Assembly (NCBI GenBank): GCA_016204995.1
Contig: JACQJR010000001.1
Location: 92,548-156,547 of the forward strand
Length of the DNA stretch: 64,000 bases
Reading direction: 5' to 3'
DNA from: Candidatus Microgenomates bacterium
GTDB taxonomy: Bacteria; Patescibacteriota; Microgenomatia; UBA8517; JACQJR01
Shown piece after piece: positions 54,768 to 64,000 of this stretch (position 1 is the first letter of the stretch; every line of letters begins with the position of its first letter). A program made the position numbers and the translations under genes. The notes under the pieces were generated by a model, which worked only from the letters and a program-made list of their open reading frames with translations, had not been told where the DNA came from and did no database searches.

Positions 54768-56138
54768 ATGGCGAAAATTTTGTTTGCTATTACTTTAGTT
54801 ATTTTTTTATTGCGACTGATATTCCTTTCGCCCTGGCTGGAAGATTGGGATTCGGTTCAATTTGCCATGGCTTTACATCATTATTCAATAGTAGAAAATC
54901 TACCCCATGCTCCTGGTTACCCTCTTTATATTTTACTAGGAAAAATATTCTATTTTTTCTTCCGAGATGACAATAAAGCTTTAACTATGATGAGCGCTCT
55001 TTTTGGTTCTCTTTCTGTAATTCCTCTTTACATGCTAGCTAAAAGTATGTTTGGAAAATTAACCGCTATATTTGCTGTATTAATTTTTGTCTCTACTCCC
55101 ATAGAATGGACACTATCAGAAGTGGCGTTAACTAATATCCCAGGGTTATTTTTTCTACTACTAATCGGGTATTTGGGGTATAAATCTCTTTCTAATAAGA
55201 AATTATTATTGCCATTTAGTTTTGTAAGTGGTTTTATTTTAGGCATCCGCTTCACAGAAATACCAATAATTACTGGTCTATGGGCCTTTATTTTCCTAAG
55301 GAAGGGAAATAGTAGCTATCTTTTTAAAGGTATTTCAATTTTTATACTAGGGATTGCTATATGGTTTATTCCTTTAATTTTTATTAGCGGAGTTAATAAT
55401 TTCTTTTCCTCCTATAATTGGATTGCTAACTATATCATTCATCATGATGCCCAAGGCGGACAAATAAATAGAATCTACCAATTATGGAATTTATTAAAAA
55501 TTGGCTACACTCCATTTTTTATTCTATTAGGAATAGTTAGCTTTATTTGGTGCGCCACCAGCAAGAATTTGAGAAGCAACACTGCTTTTAAGTTGTTATT
55601 CATCTGGTTATTTTCTTATCTCGTACCTTTAATTTTTATCTATAACCTGGAAGTGCCCCGCTATACCTTGCCACTTTTACCACCATTGGCGATTATAACA
55701 GCTCTATTTTTTTCCAGATTAATTTCCAAGAATAGAATATTTCTAATTTCTTTTGTGATATTTTGGGTCGCTCTCTTTAGAGAGAGTTGGCGTCAGGTTA
55801 GTATTTTTCAACAAGCTCTGCCACCCGCCATCTCTCCTGTACTCCACGTCAAAGAAAACTTTAATCCCAGCCAGACCACCCTAGTAACAACTTTTATCTA
55901 TAGACAATTTCAATATTATGCACCAGAATTTTCTAATTATTATGGAGTCAACAACACACCAGCTAAATTTGAGAGTGAAATAGTGATTATAGATTATGAT
56001 AAAATTAAAGATCAACTGCCGGCTTTACACCAATATGATATTAAGGATATTAAAAAGTTTTCCGGCCCGGCAGATATTTTTCCCCGAATATCACAAACTA
56101 ATTTATATATTTTAAAACGACATGCTGAAAACAAATGA
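54768..56138 (+). CDS. DUF2723/TMEM260-like GT-C membrane glycosyltransferase
   Basis: WLEDWDSVQFAMALHHYSIVENLPHAPGYPLYILLGK matches the D-x-x-E/F...HPPGYPL signature of DUF2723 (TMEM260-type protein O-mannosyltransferase). Confidence 0.5.
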   Translation: MAKILFAITLVIFLLRLIFLSPWLEDWDSVQFAMALHHYSIVENLPHAPGYPLYILLGKIFYFFFRDDNKALTMMSALFGSLSVIPLYMLAKSMFGKLTAIFAVLIFVSTPIEWTLSEVALTNIPGLFFLLLIGYLGYKSLSNKKLLLPFSFVSGFILGIRFTEIPIITGLWAFIFLRKGNSSYLFKGISIFILGIAIWFIPLIFISGVNNFFSSYNWIANYIIHHDAQGGQINRIYQLWNLLKIGYTPFFILLGIVSFIWCATSKNLRSNTAFKLLFIWLFSYLVPLIFIYNLEVPRYTLPLLPPLAIITALFFSRLISKNRIFLISFVIFWVALFRESWRQVSIFQQALPPAISPVLHVKENFNPSQTTLVTTFIYRQFQYYAPEFSNYYGVNNTPAKFESEIVIIDYDKIKDQLPALHQYDIKDIKKFSGPADIFPRISQTNLYILKRHAENK

Positions 56139-56760
56139 TTTAGAGAAAATTTGGCAACAAGTACCGCCGGATTATTATGAGAAAGGCGTGACAGAAAATA
56201 TTTTACAATGGTGGTGGCACGGACAAAAAATAAATACCTTCCAGAAATTAGTTGACAAAAAAAATCCCCCAAACATTCTAGATGTAGGTTGTGCCGGCGG
56301 CATGATGACTTATAAGATCTCCCAGCTTCTACCGGCTAGTCAAATTACAGGAATTGATGTATATGACAAAGCCATTCAACATGCCAAAAAAAAATATCCT
56401 CGCCTTAAATTTATCGTTTGCGATGCACATCGTTTACCTTTTAAGGATAATACATTTGATTTAGTCATCTGCTACGAAACCATAGAACATGTGGTAAAAC
56501 CGGAAACAGTTTTAAGTGAAATTAGAAGGGTGATGAAAAAAAATGGCATCGCCATTGTCACTATGGATTCCGGCAGTCTGTTATTTAGAATCGTCTGGTG
56601 GTTTTGGGAAAGAACTCGCGGTAAGGTTTGGCAAGGGGCTCATCTTCATCCTTTTCATCACCAAGAGTTGGGACAATTAATTAAAAAGACTAAATTTAAA
56701 ATTCTGCAGAAGCATTTTTCTCATCTAGGAATGGAGGTTTCCTTTATCCTAACTAAATGA
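56122..56760 (+). CDS. Class I SAM-dependent methyltransferase
   Basis: ILDVGCAGGMMTYKISQLL (motif I), FDLVICYETIEHV. Confidence 0.8.
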   Translation: MLKTNDLEKIWQQVPPDYYEKGVTENILQWWWHGQKINTFQKLVDKKNPPNILDVGCAGGMMTYKISQLLPASQITGIDVYDKAIQHAKKKYPRLKFIVCDAHRLPFKDNTFDLVICYETIEHVVKPETVLSEIRRVMKKNGIAIVTMDSGSLLFRIVWWFWERTRGKVWQGAHLHPFHHQELGQLIKKTKFKILQKHFSHLGMEVSFILTK

Positions 56761-56763
56761 AGA

Positions 56764-58473
56764 TTACTTTTCAATTAAATAGTTTTCCAACACTAAAGCA
56801 TCTAGGCCGCTTTTCATGAAAGTGCCATAAGCTTCCATGCTCGTATTAACAATCGGCTCTCCCTTTAAATTAAAAGAGGTATCTAATAATACCGGCACGC
56901 CCGTAGCATTACCAAAACTTTTAACCAAATTGTAATATTGAGGTTGAATTTCTCTCTTAATAAATTGAGGGCGAGCTGTCCCATCTACATGAGTGATTGC
57001 TCCTAGTTTTGGCTGCCACTCTTTTCTGACTGGCACCACCGCTAACATGTATTCCAAAAGTGGTGAAGGTTGACCATTACCAATGTCAAAGAATTTTTTA
57101 CCTTGATCGTACAATACTACAGGAGCAAATGGACGGAAAGCCTCTCGGAATTTAATTTTAGCATTGACTAAATCTCTCATTTTTTTATCTCTCGGGTCAG
57201 CCAAAATACTTCTGGCCCCTAGAGCCCTAGGCCCCCATTCAAACCTGCCTTTGACCCAACCAATTACCTTCTTCTTGGTTAACATATTGACCAAACGTTC
57301 CTCTAACTGTTTATCGCTCAAATGTTTGGCTTTGATATTATTCTCTTGTAAAAATTTATTAATATCTTTCTCATTATTTTCTTCTCCCCAAAAGACATGC
57401 TGAAATCTCCACTTTCTAGGTTTATTAAAGACATGGTGATAAACATATAAAGCCGCGCCCAATGCTCCCCCTGAATCACCGGCGGCCGGATGAACAAAAA
57501 CATTTTTGAATCCCGCTTCGCGAAATATCCGCCAGTTAGCTACGCCATTTAAGGCGACTCCGCCGGCAAGGCATAAATTATCCTCGCCGGTTTTTTGATA
57601 AACGATTTTGGCAATAACTAATAATTTTTCTTCTAGAACTTTTTGAGCGCTGGCTGCAATATCAGCATATATTTGACTCACTTGATCTGTTTTACGAGGC
57701 TCTTGAGGATCAACCCCAAATAATTTAATAAATTTATCATTAAAGCTGACTTTATCGGAGAGATGAAAATTGAAATAATTAAGATTTAACTGGAAGGAAC
57801 CATCGGTTGATTGGTGAATTAGTTTTTCCACTTTATCTATATATTTAGGCTGCCCATACGGAGAAAGCCCCATCACTTTATATTCACCTTCATTAATTTC
57901 AAAACCTAAAAATTGCGTAAAAACACTATAAAATAAACCCAGGGAATGCGGAAATCTAATCTCTTGATTTAAAAATAATTTATTACCGCGAGCTCTCCCC
58001 CAAGTGGTAGTAGTCCATTCACCCACTCCGTCGCTAGTTATTATGGCTGATGATTCAAATGGCGAGGTATAAAAAGAACTGGCAGCATGTGATAGATGAT
58101 GACCGGAAAAGATTATTTTTTTACTAGAAATTTTTAGGTGTTTGGCGATTAGAGCTTTAATCCATAATTTATCTTTCAACCAGACTTTATAAGCGTTAAC
58201 GAATGACTCGCGAGAACGGGGAGCGGTTGCTAGAAATGACAAAGTTAAACGCTCAAACTTTAGAAAAGGTTTCTCATAAAAAACTACCCAATCAATATCC
58301 TGGCTTTTGATATTTGCTTTTCTTAAACAAAAATCTATAGCATGTTTAGGAAAACCAGAATCATGTTTTTTGCGGGAAAATCTTTCCTCTTCGGCGGCGG
58401 CAATAATTACTCCATTATCAATTAAAGCAGCGGCGGCATCGTGATAAAAACATGCTATACCTAAAATTTTCAC
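56764..58473 (-). CDS. NodU/CmcH-family O-carbamoyltransferase
   Basis: MKILGIACFYHDAAAALIDNGVIIAAAEEERFSRKKHDSGFP (Carbam_trans_N). The C-terminal domain carries a GPRALGARSILAD motif. Confidence 0.88.
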   Translation of the reverse strand: MKILGIACFYHDAAAALIDNGVIIAAAEEERFSRKKHDSGFPKHAIDFCLRKANIKSQDIDWVVFYEKPFLKFERLTLSFLATAPRSRESFVNAYKVWLKDKLWIKALIAKHLKISSKKIIFSGHHLSHAASSFYTSPFESSAIITSDGVGEWTTTTWGRARGNKLFLNQEIRFPHSLGLFYSVFTQFLGFEINEGEYKVMGLSPYGQPKYIDKVEKLIHQSTDGSFQLNLNYFNFHLSDKVSFNDKFIKLFGVDPQEPRKTDQVSQIYADIAASAQKVLEEKLLVIAKIVYQKTGEDNLCLAGGVALNGVANWRIFREAGFKNVFVHPAAGDSGGALGAALYVYHHVFNKPRKWRFQHVFWGEENNEKDINKFLQENNIKAKHLSDKQLEERLVNMLTKKKVIGWVKGRFEWGPRALGARSILADPRDKKMRDLVNAKIKFREAFRPFAPVVLYDQGKKFFDIGNGQPSPLLEYMLAVVPVRKEWQPKLGAITHVDGTARPQFIKREIQPQYYNLVKSFGNATGVPVLLDTSFNLKGEPIVNTSMEAYGTFMKSGLDALVLENYLIEK

Positions 58474-58682
58474 TGTAGTTTTAGCTTCTCTAAAAAGGAA
58501 GTGTTATCTTCCATTTTTTTCCAAGTTGGGAAATTCTTAGTGTCTAAAAAATCTTTGAATAAACTGGCTATGAAACCTAAAGGAGAAATTAAGACAAAAT
58601 AGATTAAGGAAAAAATTAATAAGATTTGAAGATTACCAATTTTCTCTGCAACAATTTTCCATTTTTCCCACAAATTTTTCAT
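58470..58682 (-). CDS. Small membrane protein co-transcribed with the carbamoyltransferase
   Basis: 70 aa, one TM helix. Stop overlaps the carbamoyltransferase start by 4 nt. Confidence 0.4.
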   Translation of the reverse strand: MKNLWEKWKIVAEKIGNLQILLIFSLIYFVLISPLGFIASLFKDFLDTKNFPTWKKMEDNTSFLEKLKLQ

Positions 58683-58692
58683 AGATTAAAGT

Positions 58693-58890
58693 CTAAAAAA
58701 GCGGATATACAAGAGGGGCCAGGGGGGAGGAACCGACGAAAAGAATTAATATACCTATAATCATAAAAACTGCTACCATTGGAATTAGCCACCATAATTT
58801 TTGCTTCCATAAAAAGGAAAAAAGCTCTTTCAAAATACTAAATCGCTCCAAGATTTCCATTTTCCAAATAGTATTTTGAGTATAACACAA
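58693..58890 (-). CDS. Small membrane protein (hypothetical)
   Basis: 65 aa, one C-terminal TM helix (LWWLIPMVAVFMIIGILILFV). Confidence 0.35.
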   Translation of the reverse strand: MCYTQNTIWKMEILERFSILKELFSFLWKQKLWWLIPMVAVFMIIGILILFVGSSPLAPLVYPLF

Positions 58891-58915
58891 CTAAAATTAA
58901 TTACACAATAGATAT

Positions 58916-60103
58916 TTAAATTATTTTAAGGCTATCTTTTAACTGATCTAAAGAATCATTATTTAAAAATTCAGATTTATCAATTCCGCTAAAATCAAAA
59001 TTATTAATATCACTTTTGCCATTACTGGCTACGTAGCTAACTAAATCATGCAAAAGACGATTTTTAGCAGCAATTAATACCTTTCCAAAACCTTCATCAC
59101 AAGATATCTTTGGCTTCCAACCAAGTTTGGAGATTAATTGAATATCAGAATAGCGATGAGTTACCCCTACTGGTTTATCCACTAAAGGCTTAATTTCAGG
59201 TTTATAACCTTCAAGGCTAGAAAATACTTCCAAAACCTCCAAAAATGACAAAATTTTTCCTGAACCAATATTACAACCAGAACCATCATGAATCTTGTCC
59301 ATAATTATAAAAAAAGCATCTATGCAATCATCAATATGAATAAAATCCCTTCCTTGTTTACCTGTTCCCCAAACAGTTAAAGGGTTTTCTCTCAAAGCTA
59401 CTCGGCGAGCGATAGCAGGAATAGGATAAGATAAATCCTGGTCTTCACCATAACCGGAGAAAGGCCGGACACAAGCAATGGATAAACCATATCTACCAGC
59501 TGCTAGTCTACTTAAATATTCACCAGTTAATTTGCTCCATCCATAAGTCATATCTGGCAAACCAAATTTCTCGCTGAAATTGATCATCGCCTCTTGTAAG
59601 GCAATATGTTTTTTGTTATTTTGAATATGGATAGGATAGGCAGCGCTGGAACTTGCATAAAGAATCCTTTTAATTCTTTTCACTCTTCTAGTAGCCCAAA
59701 GAAAGAATAAAGAATCAATTGCCAAATCTTTGGCTACCAGTATTGGATCTCCATCTATAATCGCCCTTCCACCAACAATTGAAGCCAAATGAAAAACATC
59801 AGAAAAATCAGGCAAAAGATTATTAAACTTGATATCTTCTGTTAAAGCGTTAATAACGTCATCGTTAACAAAAAATATCCTTTGTTCATCACTTTGATAA
59901 CAAATTATTTTATCTTTATTAGTTTGTTTTTTAAATTTTTTATCAAGCCAAATATCCGGATGCTTACCAGTAAATAAATTATCAATAATCCATATATCAG
60001 ATCCTTGGGGTATTAATTTATTTATTAGATGTCTACCAACAAAACCACATCCACCAGTCACTAAAAAAGGTAATTTATTAATTTTAGGACTATTACTTGT
60101 CAT
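58916..60103 (-). CDS. NAD-dependent sugar-nucleotide epimerase/dehydratase (extended SDR)
   Basis: FLVTGGCGFVGRHLINKL Rossmann motif and YGWSKLTGE YxxxK. 395 aa with a C-terminal extension. Confidence 0.8.
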   Translation of the reverse strand: MTSNSPKINKLPFLVTGGCGFVGRHLINKLIPQGSDIWIIDNLFTGKHPDIWLDKKFKKQTNKDKIICYQSDEQRIFFVNDDVINALTEDIKFNNLLPDFSDVFHLASIVGGRAIIDGDPILVAKDLAIDSLFFLWATRRVKRIKRILYASSSAAYPIHIQNNKKHIALQEAMINFSEKFGLPDMTYGWSKLTGEYLSRLAAGRYGLSIACVRPFSGYGEDQDLSYPIPAIARRVALRENPLTVWGTGKQGRDFIHIDDCIDAFFIIMDKIHDGSGCNIGSGKILSFLEVLEVFSSLEGYKPEIKPLVDKPVGVTHRYSDIQLISKLGWKPKISCDEGFGKVLIAAKNRLLHDLVSYVASNGKSDINNFDFSGIDKSEFLNNDSLDQLKDSLKII

Positions 60104-60107
60104 TTAT

Positions 60108-61106
60108 TTACTTATTTAGCAAATCGTCAATTTCACAAGCCCAAGCAGTAACAATTGGTAACTCTTCCTTGGGAAAGAATTTTTCTTTGACTAATACCCT
60201 ATAAACTTTTAACAACGACTCCAAAGGGTCTTTATACAAAGAGGTAGCGTCTAAAATATCAATTAGTTTTTTAGTATTTAAAAAAAGCGGTACCTCTAAT
60301 TTAAAATCGTCCAGATAGTTGTGCGGATTACGATTACTGGTATAAGCAGTAGGATAAGTAAATACCACTTTAGCATCCATCTCCCATAAAATTCTTTGGG
60401 CAATATATCCCCTGATAATGTCTTCAACATGAAAACCAGAAGTCGCTGGCAAATAAAGCAAGGGGTAGGCCATCGGATGAGTAAAAGTATTTTGAGTATT
60501 CATCGGCGCATAACTACCTTTTCCTAAAGCATAATTACCCGTAGGTTTCAATTCTAACCAATGGTTATAAAGGAAACGATAAATAGCATCAAAATCGCTA
60601 TCTTTATCCTGTACTGAATTTTGCATAGGAGAAATAACTTTTTCTTTCTTCTGTTTTATTCCTTCTTGATCTTTAATAAATTCTAAAGGGAAACCTCGTA
60701 CCCAAACAGGATTTTCCACATGGTTTTTTAAGAAATATTGGTAGACATTAATAAATTTCTTACCAGATAAAGTGGTTACTTTTTTTTCTAAACTAACATC
60801 GGGTGGATAATTTTTATCGGGAAACATATCATCATCACTTTCACCTATCACCTTTGCTCCATTTTTAATAGCGTATAAATAACCTAAATTTTTCCTAGCA
60901 TACATTTTCCAAGGGAAAAATTTAGAAAATGTGGGGAATAATTTATCCTGCATTTCCGGAGACAAATAATCTACATTTTCAACAGACCAATTGAGAGGAG
61001 TTTTAGTATCACCAACACAAATTAACTTCCAATCTGGAATTTGGGCAAACTTATATATTTCTTCTTTGGGAGGATTAATTGTCGTGATGATAATCACTTT
61101 GTCCAT
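60108..61106 (-). CDS. DUF288/STELLO-like putative glycosyltransferase (hypothetical)
   Basis: VIIITTINPPKEEI ... MYARKNLGYLYAIKNGAKVIGESDDD resembles STELLO/DUF288 (GT75-like) proteins. Family name is from memory. Confidence 0.35.
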   Translation of the reverse strand: MDKVIIITTINPPKEEIYKFAQIPDWKLICVGDTKTPLNWSVENVDYLSPEMQDKLFPTFSKFFPWKMYARKNLGYLYAIKNGAKVIGESDDDMFPDKNYPPDVSLEKKVTTLSGKKFINVYQYFLKNHVENPVWVRGFPLEFIKDQEGIKQKKEKVISPMQNSVQDKDSDFDAIYRFLYNHWLELKPTGNYALGKGSYAPMNTQNTFTHPMAYPLLYLPATSGFHVEDIIRGYIAQRILWEMDAKVVFTYPTAYTSNRNPHNYLDDFKLEVPLFLNTKKLIDILDATSLYKDPLESLLKVYRVLVKEKFFPKEELPIVTAWACEIDDLLNK

Positions 61107-61178
61107 ACATTACCCAAGCTGCTTTAAGTTTCACATATTATAAAGAGCCATCATAATAAAGCAATAGTGAATTTTACT

Positions 61179-62105
61179 TCAATTTTTGCTAAAACCAATC
61201 TTTTCTTCAATAATATATTTGGGCCGATTTTTTACCTCATCATATATCCTAGCTAAGTATTCACCTAATATTCCTAAAGTAATAAGCTGAATTCCACCCA
61301 CCAGGAGTATAGTGGACATAGTAGAAGCCCAACCGGCAATACCAAAACCAAAAAATATTCTTAAGATAAAAACACCAATAATAGAAATAAAGGCCACCAG
61401 GGCGCAGATAAATCCCAAAAAACTAGCCAGCCTTAATGGTAGATAAGAGAAAGAAATGACCCCATCTAAGGCAAGTTTTATTAATCTTCTTATGCTGGCT
61501 TGTTGGCCACTACTTCTTTTCCCACGCTCGTAAACTACACCTACTTGGGTAAAACCTGTCCAAGCCCTTAAACCACTTAAGTATTTATTTCTCTCGGGTA
61601 AATTAGTCAATATTTTTACTACCCTTTGGCTCATTAAAGAAAAGGTACCAGCATCCAGGGGCATTTTATAAATGGAAACCATATTTAATAATCGATAAAA
61701 AATTGTAAATAAAAATCTTCTTAATAGGCTTTCCTTTCTCTTTTGTTTAACACCATACACTACCTCAAAACCTTCTTTAGCTTTAGCAACCATTTGAGGA
61801 ATTATTTCTGGAGGATCTTGTAGATCAGCGTCCATTAAAACAACCCAATCGCCTTTAGCATGAATTAGACCAGCATCAATGGCTGGCATATGCCCGAAGT
61901 TTCTAGAAAAAGATATTAATCTAATCTTTTTATCCCTACCTCTTAATTTTTTTATTACTCCTAGGGTATTATCTATACTACCGTCATTAATAAAAATTAT
62001 TTCGTGATCACGACCTACCTTTCTTAGAACTGGTTTTAATCTTTGATAAAGTAGTGGCAAATTTTTTTCCTCGTTAAAAGCTGGTATTACCAAGCTAATT
62101 TTCAT
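61179..62105 (-). CDS. Polyprenyl-phosphate glycosyltransferase (GT2, ArnC/GtrB-like, with C-terminal TM helices)
   Basis: ISLVIPAFNEEKNLPLLYQRL...IIFINDGSIDNT...MDADLQDPPE, two C-terminal TM helices. Confidence 0.85.
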   Translation of the reverse strand: MKISLVIPAFNEEKNLPLLYQRLKPVLRKVGRDHEIIFINDGSIDNTLGVIKKLRGRDKKIRLISFSRNFGHMPAIDAGLIHAKGDWVVLMDADLQDPPEIIPQMVAKAKEGFEVVYGVKQKRKESLLRRFLFTIFYRLLNMVSIYKMPLDAGTFSLMSQRVVKILTNLPERNKYLSGLRAWTGFTQVGVVYERGKRSSGQQASIRRLIKLALDGVISFSYLPLRLASFLGFICALVAFISIIGVFILRIFFGFGIAGWASTMSTILLVGGIQLITLGILGEYLARIYDEVKNRPKYIIEEKIGFSKN

Positions 62106-62176
62106 GCTTTGTCAATACTATGCTCACTCTCAACTTTTGTCAACGATTCTTAAATTATTGCGTCTCATAATATATA

Positions 62177-62833
62177 ATGTCTTACATGACCGCTGATTCT
62201 GTTAAAAAAACTATCTATTTGTATTCTGGGCTGGGCTGGAAAAGTATCTTTGCAAAGGTACGATTTTGGGATGCTCCTTATGTAGAGGTAGAAAAAATCG
62301 TTCCTAAAAAGGGAACCATTACTGATTTGGGGTGTGGGGATGGAATATTCACCAATTTCTTAGCCCTTACTTCCCCTAAGAGAAAACTAACTGGAATAGA
62401 TATAGACAGCAAAAGATTGACTGCAGCTGATAAAGGGTTAAAAAACGTTCAATTTAAACTGGCTGATGCTAATAAGGTTAATCTCCCTAAAAGTGATGCT
62501 GTTATTCTTTTTCATTTATTGCACCATCTTAAATCGCAAGAACTGCAGACAGAAGTGTTAAGAAAATGCATTGATAGTTTAAGAAAAAATGGCAAAATAA
62601 TAATTATAGAAATTGATGTGAAATTTAGTTTTAAATATTTCTTAACTTTGTTCACTGACCACTTAATTGTACCGTGGTTTTTTGACAATAAGTTATACGA
62701 GCCAAAGATTTTTTTCCGTCATACAAAAGAGTGGTTAATATTATTAAATGATCTGGGTCTCTCTTGTAAAGTAATAATGGCTGAAGAAAATAAACCATTC
62801 ACCCACATTATTTTTAATTGTCATAAGAGATAA
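62177..62833 (+). CDS. Class I SAM-dependent methyltransferase
   Basis: TITDLGCGDGIFTNFLA (motif I), AVILFHLLHHL. Confidence 0.7.
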   Translation: MSYMTADSVKKTIYLYSGLGWKSIFAKVRFWDAPYVEVEKIVPKKGTITDLGCGDGIFTNFLALTSPKRKLTGIDIDSKRLTAADKGLKNVQFKLADANKVNLPKSDAVILFHLLHHLKSQELQTEVLRKCIDSLRKNGKIIIIEIDVKFSFKYFLTLFTDHLIVPWFFDNKLYEPKIFFRHTKEWLILLNDLGLSCKVIMAEENKPFTHIIFNCHKR

Positions 62834-62845
62834 TCTTAATAATCA

Positions 62846-63982
62846 CTAAGATTTTGTTAAAGATTTAAGTAAAGCTGGGGTTAGTTGGCCTGGATAATAT
62901 TTTCTTAATTTTTCAGAATGATCATAAATTTCATAGGTATGAGGATCTTGAGTAAATAAATAAACTTCTTGTTTTTCAGGCTGATATTTTTCTAATAATT
63001 TAATAAATTCGCCTGCGTCATTTTGGATATAAATTGGCTCTCTAATACGGTAAAGCTCATAAAATTCGTAAATATAACGAGATAGAATCTCCGATGGCGG
63101 AGAAGCATATATCACTTTGAGTTTCCCATTTCCCGGTAAAAGATGCATTAATTGCGGATTAGAAGCCCGTTCGGGAGCAGAATATATCTTGGCCCATTCA
63201 GTATCACTGTGCAACATCGTCAAAGAGTTAACCAAAATAAGAATTATGAGTAACCTCTGAAAAATTTTATATTTGATAACCAAACTTAGTCCTAAAAGGA
63301 TAATCATCATTCCAAAGGTGGCTGATAAACCATAAGAAGTGGGGGCAATAGGGAAAGTGTCATTGTATTGGGAAGTCAAAGGTTGAATACTTTGCACCAT
63401 CCGAATACCGGATAAAGTTGGTCCTATCATGGAAATTATCAGCATTACTTCACCTATTACAATTAGCTTTGCTGCAAGAAATCTTTTCTCTTTCAAAAGC
63501 CAAACAATTAATCCCACTAATCCCAAAACTACAACCCCACCTAAAATAGAAGAAATATAAAAAGCTTGAGGAAACCATGATCTTAAAGTATTAATGAGGG
63601 GATAAGCTAAGGCGTGTGGTAGGCTAACGGCAAATATGCTATCGGCTAGCCTTACTAAATGAGGCCAATTGCTTAATAAATTACTATAATTTATTACCTG
63701 AGGCCTCATCGCCACCAAAACAGGCCAGTAAAGAAAAAATATTAAAGGAAAAGCTAGTAGGGTTAGAACCCACTCCCATCTCTGACTTTTAATTTTTGCC
63801 ACCAACAATATGCTTATTAGTAATAGTGGAATAGCAATATAATGGAGCCGCGACAGACCAAATTCCAAAGCTGCAGCATAAAAGATAATAGCACCTAAAT
63901 AAAATTTAGAAACTAATAAATAAATTGCCAAAGAAAAGAGCAATAAGGAGAAACCATCACCGATATATTCTTGCATTTGCAA
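62846..63982 (-). CDS. Polytopic membrane protein (hypothetical; start may lie beyond 63982)
   Basis: At least 10 predicted TM helices and a C-terminal soluble segment. No catalytic motif recognised. Confidence 0.4.
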   Translation of the reverse strand: MQMQEYIGDGFSLLLFSLAIYLLVSKFYLGAIIFYAAALEFGLSRLHYIAIPLLLISILLVAKIKSQRWEWVLTLLAFPLIFFLYWPVLVAMRPQVINYSNLLSNWPHLVRLADSIFAVSLPHALAYPLINTLRSWFPQAFYISSILGGVVVLGLVGLIVWLLKEKRFLAAKLIVIGEVMLIISMIGPTLSGIRMVQSIQPLTSQYNDTFPIAPTSYGLSATFGMMIILLGLSLVIKYKIFQRLLIILILVNSLTMLHSDTEWAKIYSAPERASNPQLMHLLPGNGKLKVIYASPPSEILSRYIYEFYELYRIREPIYIQNDAGEFIKLLEKYQPEKQEVYLFTQDPHTYEIYDHSEKLRKYYPGQLTPALLKSLTKS

Positions 63983-64000
63983 TATCTGCCGCCAATAGGT

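Noticed and set aside
23503-63982. Interpreting the glycan locus as an LPS O-antigen cluster
   Set aside because: No lipid A/core genes or Wzz are visible. The abundance of GT-C/PMT/YfhO-type enzymes points instead to protein or wall-polymer glycosylation, and the organism type is uncertain.
1-64000. Search for rRNA, tRNA, tmRNA or RNase P RNA in the larger spacers (5838-6130, 17448-17658, 18385-18523, 27450-27611, 35966-36131, 48454-48619)
   Set aside because: No cloverleaf-compatible sequences (no GTTCRANYC T-loop-like motifs with matching acceptor stems) or conserved rRNA blocks were recognised by eye. The absence is not proven without tRNAscan/Infernal.

Overview
The window is low-GC and gene-dense, with almost every gene on the minus strand. 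The general style (small proteins, compact dcw operon, secreted nuclease, huge glycosyltransferase content) resembles a reduced-genome bacterium such as the CPR/Patescibacteria lineage, but that is an inference, not a database result. Two large blocks are present. (1) Positions ~1-17.5 kb hold a division/cell-wall (dcw) operon in the order mraZ-rsmH-ftsL-ftsI-murE-murC-murB-(alpha/beta hydrolase)-murF-murA-mraY-[five secreted/membrane hypotheticals]-murD-ftsW, with ftsW running off the window start. It is followed by glyQS, recO, a secreted thermonuclease and a DUF4012-like protein. (2) Positions ~23.5-64 kb hold a ~40 kb surface-glycan/glycosylation locus. It contains an initiating phosphoglycosyltransferase, ManC, GalE, an SDR epimerase, about 12 GT2/GT4 glycosyltransferases, two polyprenyl-phosphate-sugar synthases, a Wzx flippase, a Wzy/WaaL-like protein, 7-9 GT-C-type integral-membrane transferases (ArnT/PMT-like, two YfhO-like, DUF2723/TMEM260-like), a hexapeptide acetyltransferase, three SAM methyltransferases and a NodU-type carbamoyltransferase. 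A plus-strand Bro-N/DinD-like gene convergent with a ParB-like nuclease-domain gene is inserted in this locus. The most unusual sequence-level observation is a set of short hairpin/palindromic repeat families found both in intergenic regions and in-frame inside protein-coding genes, much like Rickettsia palindromic elements: the 18-bp perfect palindrome CCTGCCTGCGCAGGCAGG (six copies), CCCCGATTCAATCGGGG (three copies), and a GGCTCTT(A/G)GG...CCAAGAGCC hairpin element (two copies). There are also AT-rich TTCTAATT/AATTAGAA inverted-repeat elements in intergenic regions (four loci) and in-frame tandem repeats inside three glycosyltransferase genes. No rRNA, tRNA, CRISPR array or transposase was recognised.
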